Assembly (NCBI GenBank): GCA_028717245.1
Contig: JAQUOD010000003.1
Coordinates: 85,636-149,635, forward strand
From: Candidatus Omnitrophota bacterium
GTDB lineage: Bacteria > Omnitrophota > Gorgyraeia > Gygaellales > Profunditerraquicolaceae
Length of the DNA: 64,000 bases
Direction: 5' to 3'
In this document: one piece after another, positions 19,148-27,597 of the stretch
Position numbering within the stretch: position 1 is the stretch's first letter
How the letters are laid out: each line of letters begins with the position of its first letter
Translations under genes and position numbers: made by a program
The notes under the pieces: generated by a model
What the model was told of the DNA's origin: nothing
The model's input: the letters and a program-made list of their open reading frames with translations, nothing else
Databases searched by the model: none

Positions 19148-19477
19148 TTGGCTGCCGGCATATTGATAGATTCAGACCATGTTCTGGATTATTATGCCAA
19201 CCAGGGGATAACGCTAAAAATAAAAGATATATATGCCTGGTGTGTAGAGGAGAAATACCGCCTTATAGTCCTCATTTTTCATTCCCTAGAGTTAGCAATC
19301 CTATTATGGATTCTCATCTGGTTCCTAAGATTAGGCATATTCTGGATTGCCCTTGCCATTGGTATAACACAACATATGGTCTTTGACCTCCTTTTTAATC
19401 GAAAGCTAAAGATTTTCGCTTATTTTTTCACATTTAGGATTATCAAAGGGTTTAAAGGCGAAAAGATATTTAGATAA
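19148..19477 (+). CDS. Hypothetical small membrane protein
   Basis: ORF with 2-3 hydrophobic helices; TTG start, weak support. Confidence 0.3.
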   Translation: MAAGILIDSDHVLDYYANQGITLKIKDIYAWCVEEKYRLIVLIFHSLELAILLWILIWFLRLGIFWIALAIGITQHMVFDLLFNRKLKIFAYFFTFRIIKGFKGEKIFR

Positions 19478-19531
19478 TTTAGGCGTATCCTCACCTTGAA
19501 AAACAGGTAATTATAGTGTATACTTATATTA

Positions 19532-19714
19532 GCCGATAAAGGTAAACCCGCCGAAAGGCGGATAACGCAAAGCCACAGGCCTAAGTTGCTTTAGCCGGTC
19601 GTTTCTATCGCGAATTTTTCGGGTAGAATAGTGAGGCGGTGAGTAGCAATATGGTAGCTGGGTTGCCGTAAGTAAAGGTGTTGCAAGCTGCGTAAAGCGG
19701 GCACCTTTATCGGC
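19532..19714 (+). ncRNA. Candidate structured RNA or MITE-like element bounded by perfect 12-bp inverted repeats (gccgataaaggt ... acctttatcggc)
   Basis: 12-bp perfect terminal IR enclosing 159 nt with internal GNRA hairpin (ccgccgaaaggcgg); immediately followed by intrinsic terminator. Confidence 0.3.
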
Positions 19715-19730
19715 ACGTTTATCCTCAAAA

Positions 19731-19761
19731 ATCCCAACAAAAAGTTGGGATTTTTTATTTT
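19731..19761 (+). terminator. Rho-independent terminator (atcccaac / gttgggat stem, T-tract)
   Basis: 8-bp stem, loop aaaaa, followed by ttttttatttt. Confidence 0.65.
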
Positions 19762-19765
19762 AGAG

Positions 19766-19823
19766 TGCTATAATAAGTGAGTGCACAATTTATGGAACGT
19801 TAGTGAACATAAATTGTATGCAC
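19766..19823 (+). promoter_or_regulatory. Extended -10 promoter (TGcTATAAT) with downstream palindromic operator (gtgcacaatttatg N13 cataaattgtatgcac) upstream of beta-glucosidase gene
   Basis: TGn-TATAAT at 19766-19774; 14-bp arms inverted repeat 19781-19823. Confidence 0.45.
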
Positions 19824-19901
19824 GAACTTACCCCGCCCTTTTGGCAAGGCAAGCAATCGTAGCAGAATCTGCCTAAAAGAGCGGGGTTTCGCGGAGACAG
19901 A

Positions 19902-21122
19902 GTGATTCAATTCCCTAAAGATTTCTTCTGGGGTGCAGCCACATCTTCCTATCAGGTAGAAGGCAACAATATAAATAGCGACTGGTGGGAGTGGGAGAAG
20001 AGAGTCGGTTTAAGGGACGCCTCAGGCCAGGCCTGCCGCCACTATGAGTTTTATAAAGAGGATTTTGCCTTAGCAGCTAGCCTTAACCATAACTGCCACC
20101 GTTTATCCATAGAGTGGAGCCGCATTGAACCCCGGGAGGGGGAGTTTTCAGCATCAGAAATACAGCGCTATAAAGAAGTAATCCTTTCCTTAAAGGCCAA
20201 CAGCCTTGAACCTGTAGTTACCCTGCATCATTTTACTAACCCGCTTTGGTTTGCAAAATTAGGGGGTTGGCAGAATAAAAAGTCCGGCTTTTACTTTTTA
20301 CGTTACGTGGATAAGGTGGTGCGGGAGCTGGCTCCAGGAGTGCGCTATTGGGTAACTATAAACGAACCTCTGGTTTATGCCTATCATGCCTATATCCTGG
20401 GTGTCTGGCCGCCCCAGGAGAAATCCATTCTTAAAGCTAACCGCGTCCAGGAAAATTTGATCCGCGCCCACATAGAAACCTATCGTTTGATCCGGCGCAT
20501 TTACGAAGATAAATCCTTAAATTATCCTTTAATAAGTATCGCCAAGAATACGCAGGCGTTTGTTGCCTGCATCCCCACCCTAAGAAATAAGATCGCTGTT
20601 TATTTAAGAAACAGGTATTACAATCTTGATTTTGTAGAGAGGCTGCTACGTGCCAAGACGCTGGACTTTATAGGCATAAATTATTATAGCCGCAGCCTGG
20701 TGGAGACGCAAGGCTGGGGCATCAGGAACCTGACAATGGATGTCTGCCAGGGAGGCCATAGTTGCCTTAAGAAGAACTCTATGGGCTGGGATATTTATCC
20801 TGAAGGTTTATACAGCGTGCTCTTAGAATTTAAAAAATATAACCTGCCGCTGTTTATTTTAGAAAACGGCGTATGTACTGACGACGATAATTTAAGGTGG
20901 GATTTTATCTATGCGCATTTAAAAAATTTACATCTGGCGATACAGGCAGGGGCGCCTCTCTTAGGCTATATTTACTGGTCGCTGATAGACAATTTTGAAT
21001 GGGATAAAGGTTTCGCCCCGCGTTTCGGCCTTATTGAAATAGATTACCATACTTATAGGCGCACTGTCAGAGAAAGCGCAAAGAGACTTTCTTTAGTCTG
21101 TAAGACGGGCAGGTTGGAGTAA
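19902..21122 (+). CDS. Glycoside hydrolase family 1 beta-glucosidase
   Basis: FPKDFFWGAATSSYQVEG N-terminal GH1 signature, TINEP and ENG catalytic Glu motifs; GTG start. Confidence 0.9.
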   Translation: MIQFPKDFFWGAATSSYQVEGNNINSDWWEWEKRVGLRDASGQACRHYEFYKEDFALAASLNHNCHRLSIEWSRIEPREGEFSASEIQRYKEVILSLKANSLEPVVTLHHFTNPLWFAKLGGWQNKKSGFYFLRYVDKVVRELAPGVRYWVTINEPLVYAYHAYILGVWPPQEKSILKANRVQENLIRAHIETYRLIRRIYEDKSLNYPLISIAKNTQAFVACIPTLRNKIAVYLRNRYYNLDFVERLLRAKTLDFIGINYYSRSLVETQGWGIRNLTMDVCQGGHSCLKKNSMGWDIYPEGLYSVLLEFKKYNLPLFILENGVCTDDDNLRWDFIYAHLKNLHLAIQAGAPLLGYIYWSLIDNFEWDKGFAPRFGLIEIDYHTYRRTVRESAKRLSLVCKTGRLE

Positions 21123-21124
21123 AA

Positions 21125-23134
21125 ATGGAGACCGTAAATAAAGACTACATCTTCCAGGAGATTCCTTTATTTTTAGGCTTATCCCGAATAGAATTAGATA
21201 TTATTAAGGAAAAAAGCAGTTTCGTAGAATACAGGAAGGGAGAGCTTATTTATAAAGAGGGTTCGCCTCCGGATGCCTTTTATTGCATTATTCTAGGCAG
21301 GGTAGTCATCTATACCCAGGACACCCAGGGCAACGAAACAGCCCTGGAGTATCTGCACCGCGGAAAATATTTCGGGATTATCTCGCTTTTGACAGGCGAG
21401 CCCCATTCCGTTACTGCCAGGGCCATAAATGACAGCCTGCTTCTGGTGATTAAGAAAGAAGACTTCGATTTTGTTTTGAAGAAGATCCCGCGCCTGGCTA
21501 TTGATTTAAGCCAGACCTTATCCCGCAGGCTCAAACGCAAGGACATCCACCAGAAGACGGTTTTTGAAAGCGCTATTATTGCCGTATTCAGCTCTTATTC
21601 GCAGGCCGGTAAGACTGTATATGCGCTGAATCTGGCTTTAAGCCTTCAAAAGGAAACGCATAAGTCTGCGGCCATATTGGATATATGCCTTAAGGATAAT
21701 ACCCACAGCCTGCCCGCAAAATTAGAAATTAATACCAACTATCCTGTTTTTAGTCTCTCTGGCTCTACGGCAGATGCCCCTGATAAGATAAAAGATTTCG
21801 TTTTACATAATAACTTCGGCATGGATTTAATCTGTTTTTCTTACGAACAGGAAGATGCCTCTTGCGTGAAAAACCTGATCGCTGTTTTAACCCTTTTAGT
21901 GAACGATTATCACTACCTGATTTTAGACTTACCTTCGGCCATGGACCGCGCGGTCTTTGATATGCTGCATCAGTCAGACGTGATTAATATCCTTACCAGC
22001 CCTGAGCCTGTGGATTTAAAGAGGACGCGCCATTTGATAGAAAGGCTTAAAGCAGACTTTCATTTCCCCGAGAAAAAGATAAAAGTCATCATTAATGAAT
22101 ATAAACTCTCCAGGCTTACGCATGAAGGGCAAAGAGAACTTTTGGGTCAGCCGATATTCGCTACCCTGCCTAAGATAGAATTTTCCAGCACTGACAGGCT
22201 GGTATTGACGGGCCCGGATAGCGAATACGCCAAAGCTGTAAAAAGAATCGCGCGCCAGATGGGGGATTGTTTGGTAGGCCTGGCATTAGGCGTGGGCTTT
22301 GCTTATGGTTTTTGCCATATCGGGGTCTTGAAGGTAATTGAGGAGGAGAAGATACCCGTAGATGCGATCGCCGGCTCCAGTATCGGCGCGGTTATCGCTG
22401 CCCTTTGGGCGACAGGTAAGTCATCTGGCGAGATACTCCAGATAACCAAAGAATTCAAAGAGCCCAAATACATCTGGAGTTTTATAGACCTGACCCTGCC
22501 GCTAATGGGCTTTATTAAAGGCAATAAACTCTATAATTTCCTGAAGAAACACTTAGGAAATAAGACTTTTTATGATGTCAAGCTGCCATTGATGATTATC
22601 GCCAGCGATGTAAAAAAGAAAGAATCCCGGATTATAGATAAAGGTTTGCTGATAGACGCGATTATGGCCAGCTGTGCCATGCCCGGCGTATTCAAGCCCT
22701 TTAAATTTAAAGAGGAAATATTGTTTGACGGAGGAGTGATCAATCCTTTGCCTACGGAGGCATTATTTAAAACAGGCATGAAAAAGATTATTGCCGTGAA
22801 TGTCACGCCCTCTAAAGAGGATATACTCAGCCAATACGAAAAAGTAAAGGAAGCCATTGATATAAAGGAGATAAAAAAGAAGAAGTGGTTCGGTTTAGGC
22901 AGCTATATTAGGGATAAGTTCAAAGATAATATAGTCGGCATCATATTCAGCAGTATCGAGATGCTGCAGTCGGAAGTGGCGCAAAAAGAGGCGCAGCTGG
23001 CGGATATCGTGCTTCATCCGGATACCGGCGGCCTGCATTGGCTACAACTGCATAAGTCAGAAGATTTTGCCAAAAGAGGAGAGGATGAAACGCGTAAGAA
23101 CCTAGATAAAATCTGGCAGGTCATTAATGAATAA
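21125..23134 (+). CDS. Tri-domain protein: cyclic-nucleotide-binding domain + degenerate ParA/MinD-like domain + patatin-like phospholipase
   Basis: cNMP-binding pattern (FQEIPLF...GELIYKEG...ITGEPHSVTARA); SQAGKT and YHYLILDLPS ParA-like motifs; patatin GxGxxG (GVGFAYG) and GSSIG serine motif, DGG. Confidence 0.8.
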   Translation: METVNKDYIFQEIPLFLGLSRIELDIIKEKSSFVEYRKGELIYKEGSPPDAFYCIILGRVVIYTQDTQGNETALEYLHRGKYFGIISLLTGEPHSVTARAINDSLLLVIKKEDFDFVLKKIPRLAIDLSQTLSRRLKRKDIHQKTVFESAIIAVFSSYSQAGKTVYALNLALSLQKETHKSAAILDICLKDNTHSLPAKLEINTNYPVFSLSGSTADAPDKIKDFVLHNNFGMDLICFSYEQEDASCVKNLIAVLTLLVNDYHYLILDLPSAMDRAVFDMLHQSDVINILTSPEPVDLKRTRHLIERLKADFHFPEKKIKVIINEYKLSRLTHEGQRELLGQPIFATLPKIEFSSTDRLVLTGPDSEYAKAVKRIARQMGDCLVGLALGVGFAYGFCHIGVLKVIEEEKIPVDAIAGSSIGAVIAALWATGKSSGEILQITKEFKEPKYIWSFIDLTLPLMGFIKGNKLYNFLKKHLGNKTFYDVKLPLMIIASDVKKKESRIIDKGLLIDAIMASCAMPGVFKPFKFKEEILFDGGVINPLPTEALFKTGMKKIIAVNVTPSKEDILSQYEKVKEAIDIKEIKKKKWFGLGSYIRDKFKDNIVGIIFSSIEMLQSEVAQKEAQLADIVLHPDTGGLHWLQLHKSEDFAKRGEDETRKNLDKIWQVINE

Positions 23135-23147
23135 AATGGAGGAAAAA

Positions 23148-23705
23148 ATGTTAAATCCCAAATCCCAATTTACAAATCCCAAACAAATCCCAAATCCCAA
23201 TTTACAAAATTATAAACAAAAAATTTTCAGTCATTGGTTATTATTGGGAATTTGCTACTTGATGTTTGGAATTTTAATGAGCGGTTGCGCTTCGCTGACC
23301 GAGGCGGCTAAAGGGTTCGCCGGCATTTCTACCAAAGTTCTGGAGGACAACCGTAGTTCTGCCATCACTAAGGTCTTTAATTACGATTACTTTAGCTCTT
23401 ATACCAAAACGCTGGATATCCTTAAGCGCATGGAGGCATACATTTATAAACAGGACATTAAAAAGCATATGATTGCTATTTATGTTTCCCGCGAAGATAC
23501 TACTGTGGTGGGTTTATTTTTTAAAGAGATAGACGCTAATAATACCAAAATAGAAGTATCTTCGCCGAGCACCTATGCCAAAGAGTTTATTTCCGCAGGC
23601 GTATTTTCTGTTTTGGATAAAACAATGACTTTGGAAGAACTGGAGGTGCGTACCCGTGTACAAAGACAAAAAGCAAAAGAACAAGCAGGACTGGGAGATA
23701 AATAA
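23148..23705 (+). CDS. Putative lipoprotein (start uncertain)
   Basis: GGAGG RBS 5 nt before ATG 23148; hydrophobic segment then Cys (LMSGC); N-terminal region made of a frame-inconsistent 8-nt periodic DNA repeat. Confidence 0.45.
   Translation: MLNPKSQFTNPKQIPNPNLQNYKQKIFSHWLLLGICYLMFGILMSGCASLTEAAKGFAGISTKVLEDNRSSAITKVFNYDYFSSYTKTLDILKRMEAYIYKQDIKKHMIAIYVSREDTTVVGLFFKEIDANNTKIEVSSPSTYAKEFISAGVFSVLDKTMTLEELEVRTRVQRQKAKEQAGLGDK
23155..23215. repeat. Period-8 ATCCCAA repeat block (23-nt unit aaatcccaaatcccaatttacaa x2)
   Basis: aaatcccaaatcccaatttacaa atcccaaac aaatcccaaatcccaatttacaa; partial inverted copy attgggaatttg at ~23236. Confidence 0.6.
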
Positions 23706-23985
23706 ATTTATCAGGGAATGCCACCGTATCGCTAAAGATAAGGGTTGGTGGGACAGCGAACGTAACGACGGAGAGCTCATCGCCCTGATGCATTCGGAGT
23801 TATCCGAGGCCTTAGAGGCGATGCGTAACCACGGCCACAAAGATAATATTGCGGAAGAATTGGCAGACTGCTGCATCCGTATCTTTGATTACTGCGGGGC
23901 CAGAGATATTGACCTGGAAAAAACCCTCCTGAAGAAAATAGAATATAATAAGACCCGTCCCTACCGGCATGGTAAAAAATTCTAA
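23656..23985 (+). CDS. MazG-like nucleotide pyrophosphohydrolase
   Basis: EINKFIRECHRIAKDKGWW...LIALMHSELSEALEA...EELADCCIRIF helical NTP-PPase pattern; GTG start with GGAGG RBS. Confidence 0.65.
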   Translation: MYKDKKQKNKQDWEINKFIRECHRIAKDKGWWDSERNDGELIALMHSELSEALEAMRNHGHKDNIAEELADCCIRIFDYCGARDIDLEKTLLKKIEYNKTRPYRHGKKF

Positions 23986-24628
23986 ATTGCTCACTGCAAG
24001 GCAATCAAAAGATATCGATATAAAGGCGCGTGAAGTTTTCGGTATTTCTACTCTCGTCTTAATGGAGAATGCCGGGAGAGGGGTTTCTGAGGAAGCAATA
24101 AAACTACTGCGCCGCAAGGAAAAGAAGGTGGCGATATTTTGCGGTAAGGGCAATAATGGCGGCGATGGGTTTGTAACAGCGAGGCATCTTTTAACGCAGG
24201 GGATAAAACCCGATATTTATTTAGCCGGCAGTATCGCTGAAGTAGAAAATGAGGCGAGGCCGAACCTGGAGATTTTGTTAAAATTAAAACAGAGGGTGCT
24301 GGAAATTAGTGAGGAAAATTTGCATTTAGTAAAAAATAAGATTTCCGGATATAATCTGATTATTGATGCGCTTTTGGGAGTGGGTTTAGCGGGCGAAGTA
24401 AGGGGTATTTATCGGGACTTAATCGGCATCATCAATATCTCCAATGCCCATATCTTATCCGTGGATATACCTTCGGGTTTGGATGCTACAACAGGAAGGG
24501 TATTGGGTTGTTGTGTAAAAGCTGATACAACCGTGACCTTTGTGGCTAAGAAGCGCGGTATGCTTGTTGGCGATGGGCCGAAGTATTGCGGTAGAATCGT
24601 AGTCAAGGACTTAGGGATACCGATATAG
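23969..24628 (+). CDS. NAD(P)H-hydrate epimerase (YjeF N-terminal domain, NnrE)
   Basis: CGKGNNGGDGFVTARHL motif. Confidence 0.8.
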   Translation: MVKNSKLLTARQSKDIDIKAREVFGISTLVLMENAGRGVSEEAIKLLRRKEKKVAIFCGKGNNGGDGFVTARHLLTQGIKPDIYLAGSIAEVENEARPNLEILLKLKQRVLEISEENLHLVKNKISGYNLIIDALLGVGLAGEVRGIYRDLIGIINISNAHILSVDIPSGLDATTGRVLGCCVKADTTVTFVAKKRGMLVGDGPKYCGRIVVKDLGIPI

Positions 24629-24639
24629 TATTTTGCTGC

Positions 24640-25020
24640 GGGCTTTGCTCGCGTGCTGAAATTGTTCGCTGACGCACGAAGGCTTACGTCTCGCTTTCGC
24701 TCGCAACTTACGCTGGTAAGAGTAGGTTACTCAGGCTTTGAGCTTGACGTAATTCCTCGTGCACCTTTGCCGAACAATTTCTATTGCACGCTCGCAAACC
24801 CTCCGCAAAATAACATGAAATTCCATTTACCATAAATATTAATAGATTTATTTGAACGGATGACTTGGCTTGCTTTCACACAGCATGTAGTTTGTGCGAG
24901 CGGCCAAGGTTCACCCGCTATTTAAATAATCAGTGAGAGCGAGCACAAACTTCAAGCGAGAAATTCCTCGGTGGGGAATTTGGAGCGGTGCTGCGGGAAA
25001 GTAAGACAAGGCAGCCGTAG
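24640..25020. other. ~380-nt noncoding region dense in nested imperfect inverted repeats and gcgagc/gctcgc words
   Basis: ~35-nt arms gcgtgctgaaattgttcgctgacgcacgaagg / cctcgtgcacctttgccgaacaatttctattgcacgc; ttacgtc/gacgtaa; gtttgtgcgagc/gcgagcacaaac; tgctgcggg at both ends. Confidence 0.35.
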
Positions 25021-25026
25021 AAAGTC

Positions 25027-25497
25027 ATGTTAGACCATCTTAAATCTCACCTAAAAGGTAAAGTGGCCATCGTGGGTATCGGCAATACCATGCGTAGTGA
25101 CGATGGGGTGGGGTCAGTTTTGGCCAGCCGCCTCAAAGATAAGGTAGCGTTTAAAGTTTTTGATGTTGGCGTAAGCCCGGAAAACTACTTAGAAAAGATT
25201 ATCAAAGAAGAGCCCGACACTATAGTGATTATAGACGCGGTGGATTTCGGGGCTAAGCCGGGAGAATTCCGGATTCTGGAGGCGCGGGATTTAAAAACAA
25301 CCAATCTCTTTGCCACGCACAATGCCTCTATTTCCTTGACCATAAATTACTTGCAAAGCAATTTAAAGGCGGATATAATTATTTTAATTATTCAGCCGGA
25401 ATCGATTGCTTTCGGGGAAGGATTGAGCCGGGAAGTGGCCCGGAGACTGGATAGGCTGGAGAGTTGGTTTCATGATACAGGCAAAGAAGAGGGATAG
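25027..25497 (+). CDS. hycI: Hydrogenase maturation protease (HycI-like)
   Basis: VAIVGIGNTMRSDDGVG N-terminal protease motif, ~156 aa. Confidence 0.8.
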   Translation: MLDHLKSHLKGKVAIVGIGNTMRSDDGVGSVLASRLKDKVAFKVFDVGVSPENYLEKIIKEEPDTIVIIDAVDFGAKPGEFRILEARDLKTTNLFATHNASISLTINYLQSNLKADIIILIIQPESIAFGEGLSREVARRLDRLESWFHDTGKEEG

Positions 25498-27043
25498 CTG
25501 GGGTTCGCGCTTAGGCATAATCATGGCAGTAGCAGGTTCTGCCGTAGGTTTAGGGAATTTTTTAAGGTTTCCTGCCAAGGTCGCCTCAAACGGCGGCGGC
25601 GCATTTATGATCCCCTATTTCATCTCTCTTTTTTTATTGGGTATACCACTGATGTGGATTGAATGGACCCTGGGCCGTTACGGAGGCGGCTTTGAGCACG
25701 GTACAGCCCCCGGGATATTCCACAGCATCTGGCAGAAGAACCGTTTTATTAAATATTTCGGCGTTATCGGAATATTCGGCCCCTTAGTTATATTAATATA
25801 TTATACCTATATAGAGTCCTGGACCTTAGCCTACAGTTTCTTCGCCCTTTTGGGTAAATACAGCAAATTGGCCGACCAGGCAGCAATGCAGAGTTTCCTA
25901 AGGGGTTTTCAGGGCCTGGAGAATAACCAGTATTTTCACGGGTTAGGCCCGGCATATTTATTTTTCCTCATCACCTTTATTTTAAATATCTGGGTGATAT
26001 ATTATGGTATAAAAGGGGGCATAGAGCGGCTCTGTAAATGGGCGATGCCTCTTTTATTTATCTTTGGCGTAGTACTCTTAATAAGGGTTGCGACTTTAGG
26101 CACGCCTGACCTAACCAGGCCTTCTTGGAACATAATTAATGGCTTTGGTTTCTTATGGAATCCGGATTTTTCTGCCTTAAAATCCGCCAAGGTGTGGCTT
26201 GAGGCAGCAGGCCAGATATTTTTTACTTTAAGCGTAGGTATCGGAGTAATACTCACCTATGCCAGCTATTTATCTAAAGGGGATGACGTTGTCCTCTCCG
26301 GTTTGACTGCTGCCAGCACCAATGAAATAGCCGAGGTTATTTTAGGCGGCAGCATTATTATACCCGCGGCCTTTGTTTTCTTCGGCCCGCAGGATATACA
26401 ATCTATCGCCCGTTCAGGGGTATTTAATCTGGGGTTTGTGACTATGCCTTTGGTTTTGAATAAATTACCGCTGGCGCAGATTTTAGGATTCTTCTGGTTC
26501 TTTCTGTTGTTTTTAGCAGGGATAACTTCTTCGGTATCGCTTGCCCAGCCGGCAGTAGCATTTTTAGAGGATGAGTTTGATATCAGCAGAAAAAAGGCAG
26601 TAGCGTTATTCGGTATCGTAACTTTTATCCTCTGTCATGCCGTAATATTCTTTTTAGGCAACGGCGTAGTGGACGAATTGGATTTCTGGGGCGGGACATT
26701 CTTTTTGGTTTTATTTGCTACCATTGAAACTATACTCTTTGCCTGGGTTTTCGGCATGGAGAAGGCCTGGGATGAGATACACAGGGGAGCGGATATGCGG
26801 GTGCCTAAGGTTTATAAGTTTATTATCCGTTATATCACTCCTTTATTCTTATTTTTTATATTGGGGATGTGGTTCTGGCAGGAGTGGCTCCCTATTATAT
26901 TCATGAAGAATGTCTCTTCGGTAGACCGGATTTTTATCTTAGGCACAAGGATAGGGCTGCTTTTAATATTCTTGACCCTGGCAGTCCTGGTAAAGATAGC
27001 CTGGCAGCACAGAAGGCCTAAAATGCAAAAAAACATAATATGA
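25472..27043 (+). CDS. Sodium-dependent neurotransmitter:sodium symporter (NSS/SNF) family transporter
   Basis: RLGIIMAVAGSAVGLGNFLRFP and GGGAFMIPY LeuT-like motifs. Confidence 0.85.
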   Translation: MIQAKKRDSWGSRLGIIMAVAGSAVGLGNFLRFPAKVASNGGGAFMIPYFISLFLLGIPLMWIEWTLGRYGGGFEHGTAPGIFHSIWQKNRFIKYFGVIGIFGPLVILIYYTYIESWTLAYSFFALLGKYSKLADQAAMQSFLRGFQGLENNQYFHGLGPAYLFFLITFILNIWVIYYGIKGGIERLCKWAMPLLFIFGVVLLIRVATLGTPDLTRPSWNIINGFGFLWNPDFSALKSAKVWLEAAGQIFFTLSVGIGVILTYASYLSKGDDVVLSGLTAASTNEIAEVILGGSIIIPAAFVFFGPQDIQSIARSGVFNLGFVTMPLVLNKLPLAQILGFFWFFLLFLAGITSSVSLAQPAVAFLEDEFDISRKKAVALFGIVTFILCHAVIFFLGNGVVDELDFWGGTFFLVLFATIETILFAWVFGMEKAWDEIHRGADMRVPKVYKFIIRYITPLFLFFILGMWFWQEWLPIIFMKNVSSVDRIFILGTRIGLLLIFLTLAVLVKIAWQHRRPKMQKNII

Positions 27044-27140
27044 AAATATACGGCTTGATTTTTATTATTCTATCCTGGGGTATAATCTTGGGGCTTACCG
27101 GCCTTTGTTTCGTAAAAGTTTTTTCCAAAAAGGTCTTAAA

Positions 27141-27521
27141 ATGAAAAAGACAGCCTTATTTTTATTGCCCTGTATTCTTTTAGTTATTTCAGGATGTGCG
27201 CCTTTAATCGTGGGAGGCGCAGTAGGCGCTGTAGGAGGTCATGCCTCAAGCAGGGATACCATACAAGGCGAAACGGATAAATCTTATGATAGCCTTTGGG
27301 CTTCTGCTCTTACCATCAGCAAGATCCGCGGCCAGATAAAATACGAGGATATGGCCAAGGGCTATATTGAGTTGGAAGCAGAATCAAGTAAGGTATATAT
27401 TAGGTTAATCCGGCTGACGGCTACGACTACCAGGCTTAAGGTCTCGGCGCGTAAATACCATTTTCCCAATTTAGAATTAGCCCAGGATATATTTGTGAAG
27501 ATTATGGAGCAGGCCAAATGA
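27141..27521 (+). CDS. Lipoprotein, unknown function
   Basis: MKKTALFLLPCILLVISGC lipobox; start at 27141 preferred. Confidence 0.5.
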   Translation: MKKTALFLLPCILLVISGCAPLIVGGAVGAVGGHASSRDTIQGETDKSYDSLWASALTISKIRGQIKYEDMAKGYIELEAESSKVYIRLIRLTATTTRLKVSARKYHFPNLELAQDIFVKIMEQAK

Positions 27522-27525
27522 ACCC

Positions 27526-27597
27526 CGCCCTTCCTAAAATTTATAAAAGTATTATAACAGTGAAAGGTTGGGGTATATATCGGAAAGGAAGGGCGGG
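27526..27597 (+). promoter_or_regulatory. Perfect 12-bp inverted repeat hairpin (ccccgcccttcc ... ggaagggcgggg) abutting the pssA GTG start
   Basis: 3' arm overlaps the purine-rich RBS-like sequence immediately before GTG 27598. Confidence 0.4.

Noticed and set aside
19532-19714. Cobalamin riboswitch (agccacaggcc resembling a B12 box) or RNase P / 6S RNA
   Set aside because: The B12-box match is poor (GCCACAGG against GCCACUG plus context), no other conserved riboswitch blocks, length and motifs do not fit RNase P; a perfect 12-bp closing stem is atypical for 6S RNA. Left as an unclassified candidate.
19826-19885. BglG/SacY-type RAT antiterminator in the beta-glucosidase leader
   Set aside because: Partial resemblance (CTGCTACG) appears only on the reverse complement of the leader; the forward strand does not match the RAT consensus.
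21125-23134. CBASS patatin effector (CapV-like)
   Set aside because: No CD-NTase/cyclase or ancillary CBASS genes adjacent; architecture better resembles NTE-like cNMP-patatin proteins.
24653-24835. 60-aa ORF in the hycI upstream region
   Set aside because: No RBS, Arg/Leu-rich low-complexity product, lies inside a dense inverted-repeat region; likely non-coding.
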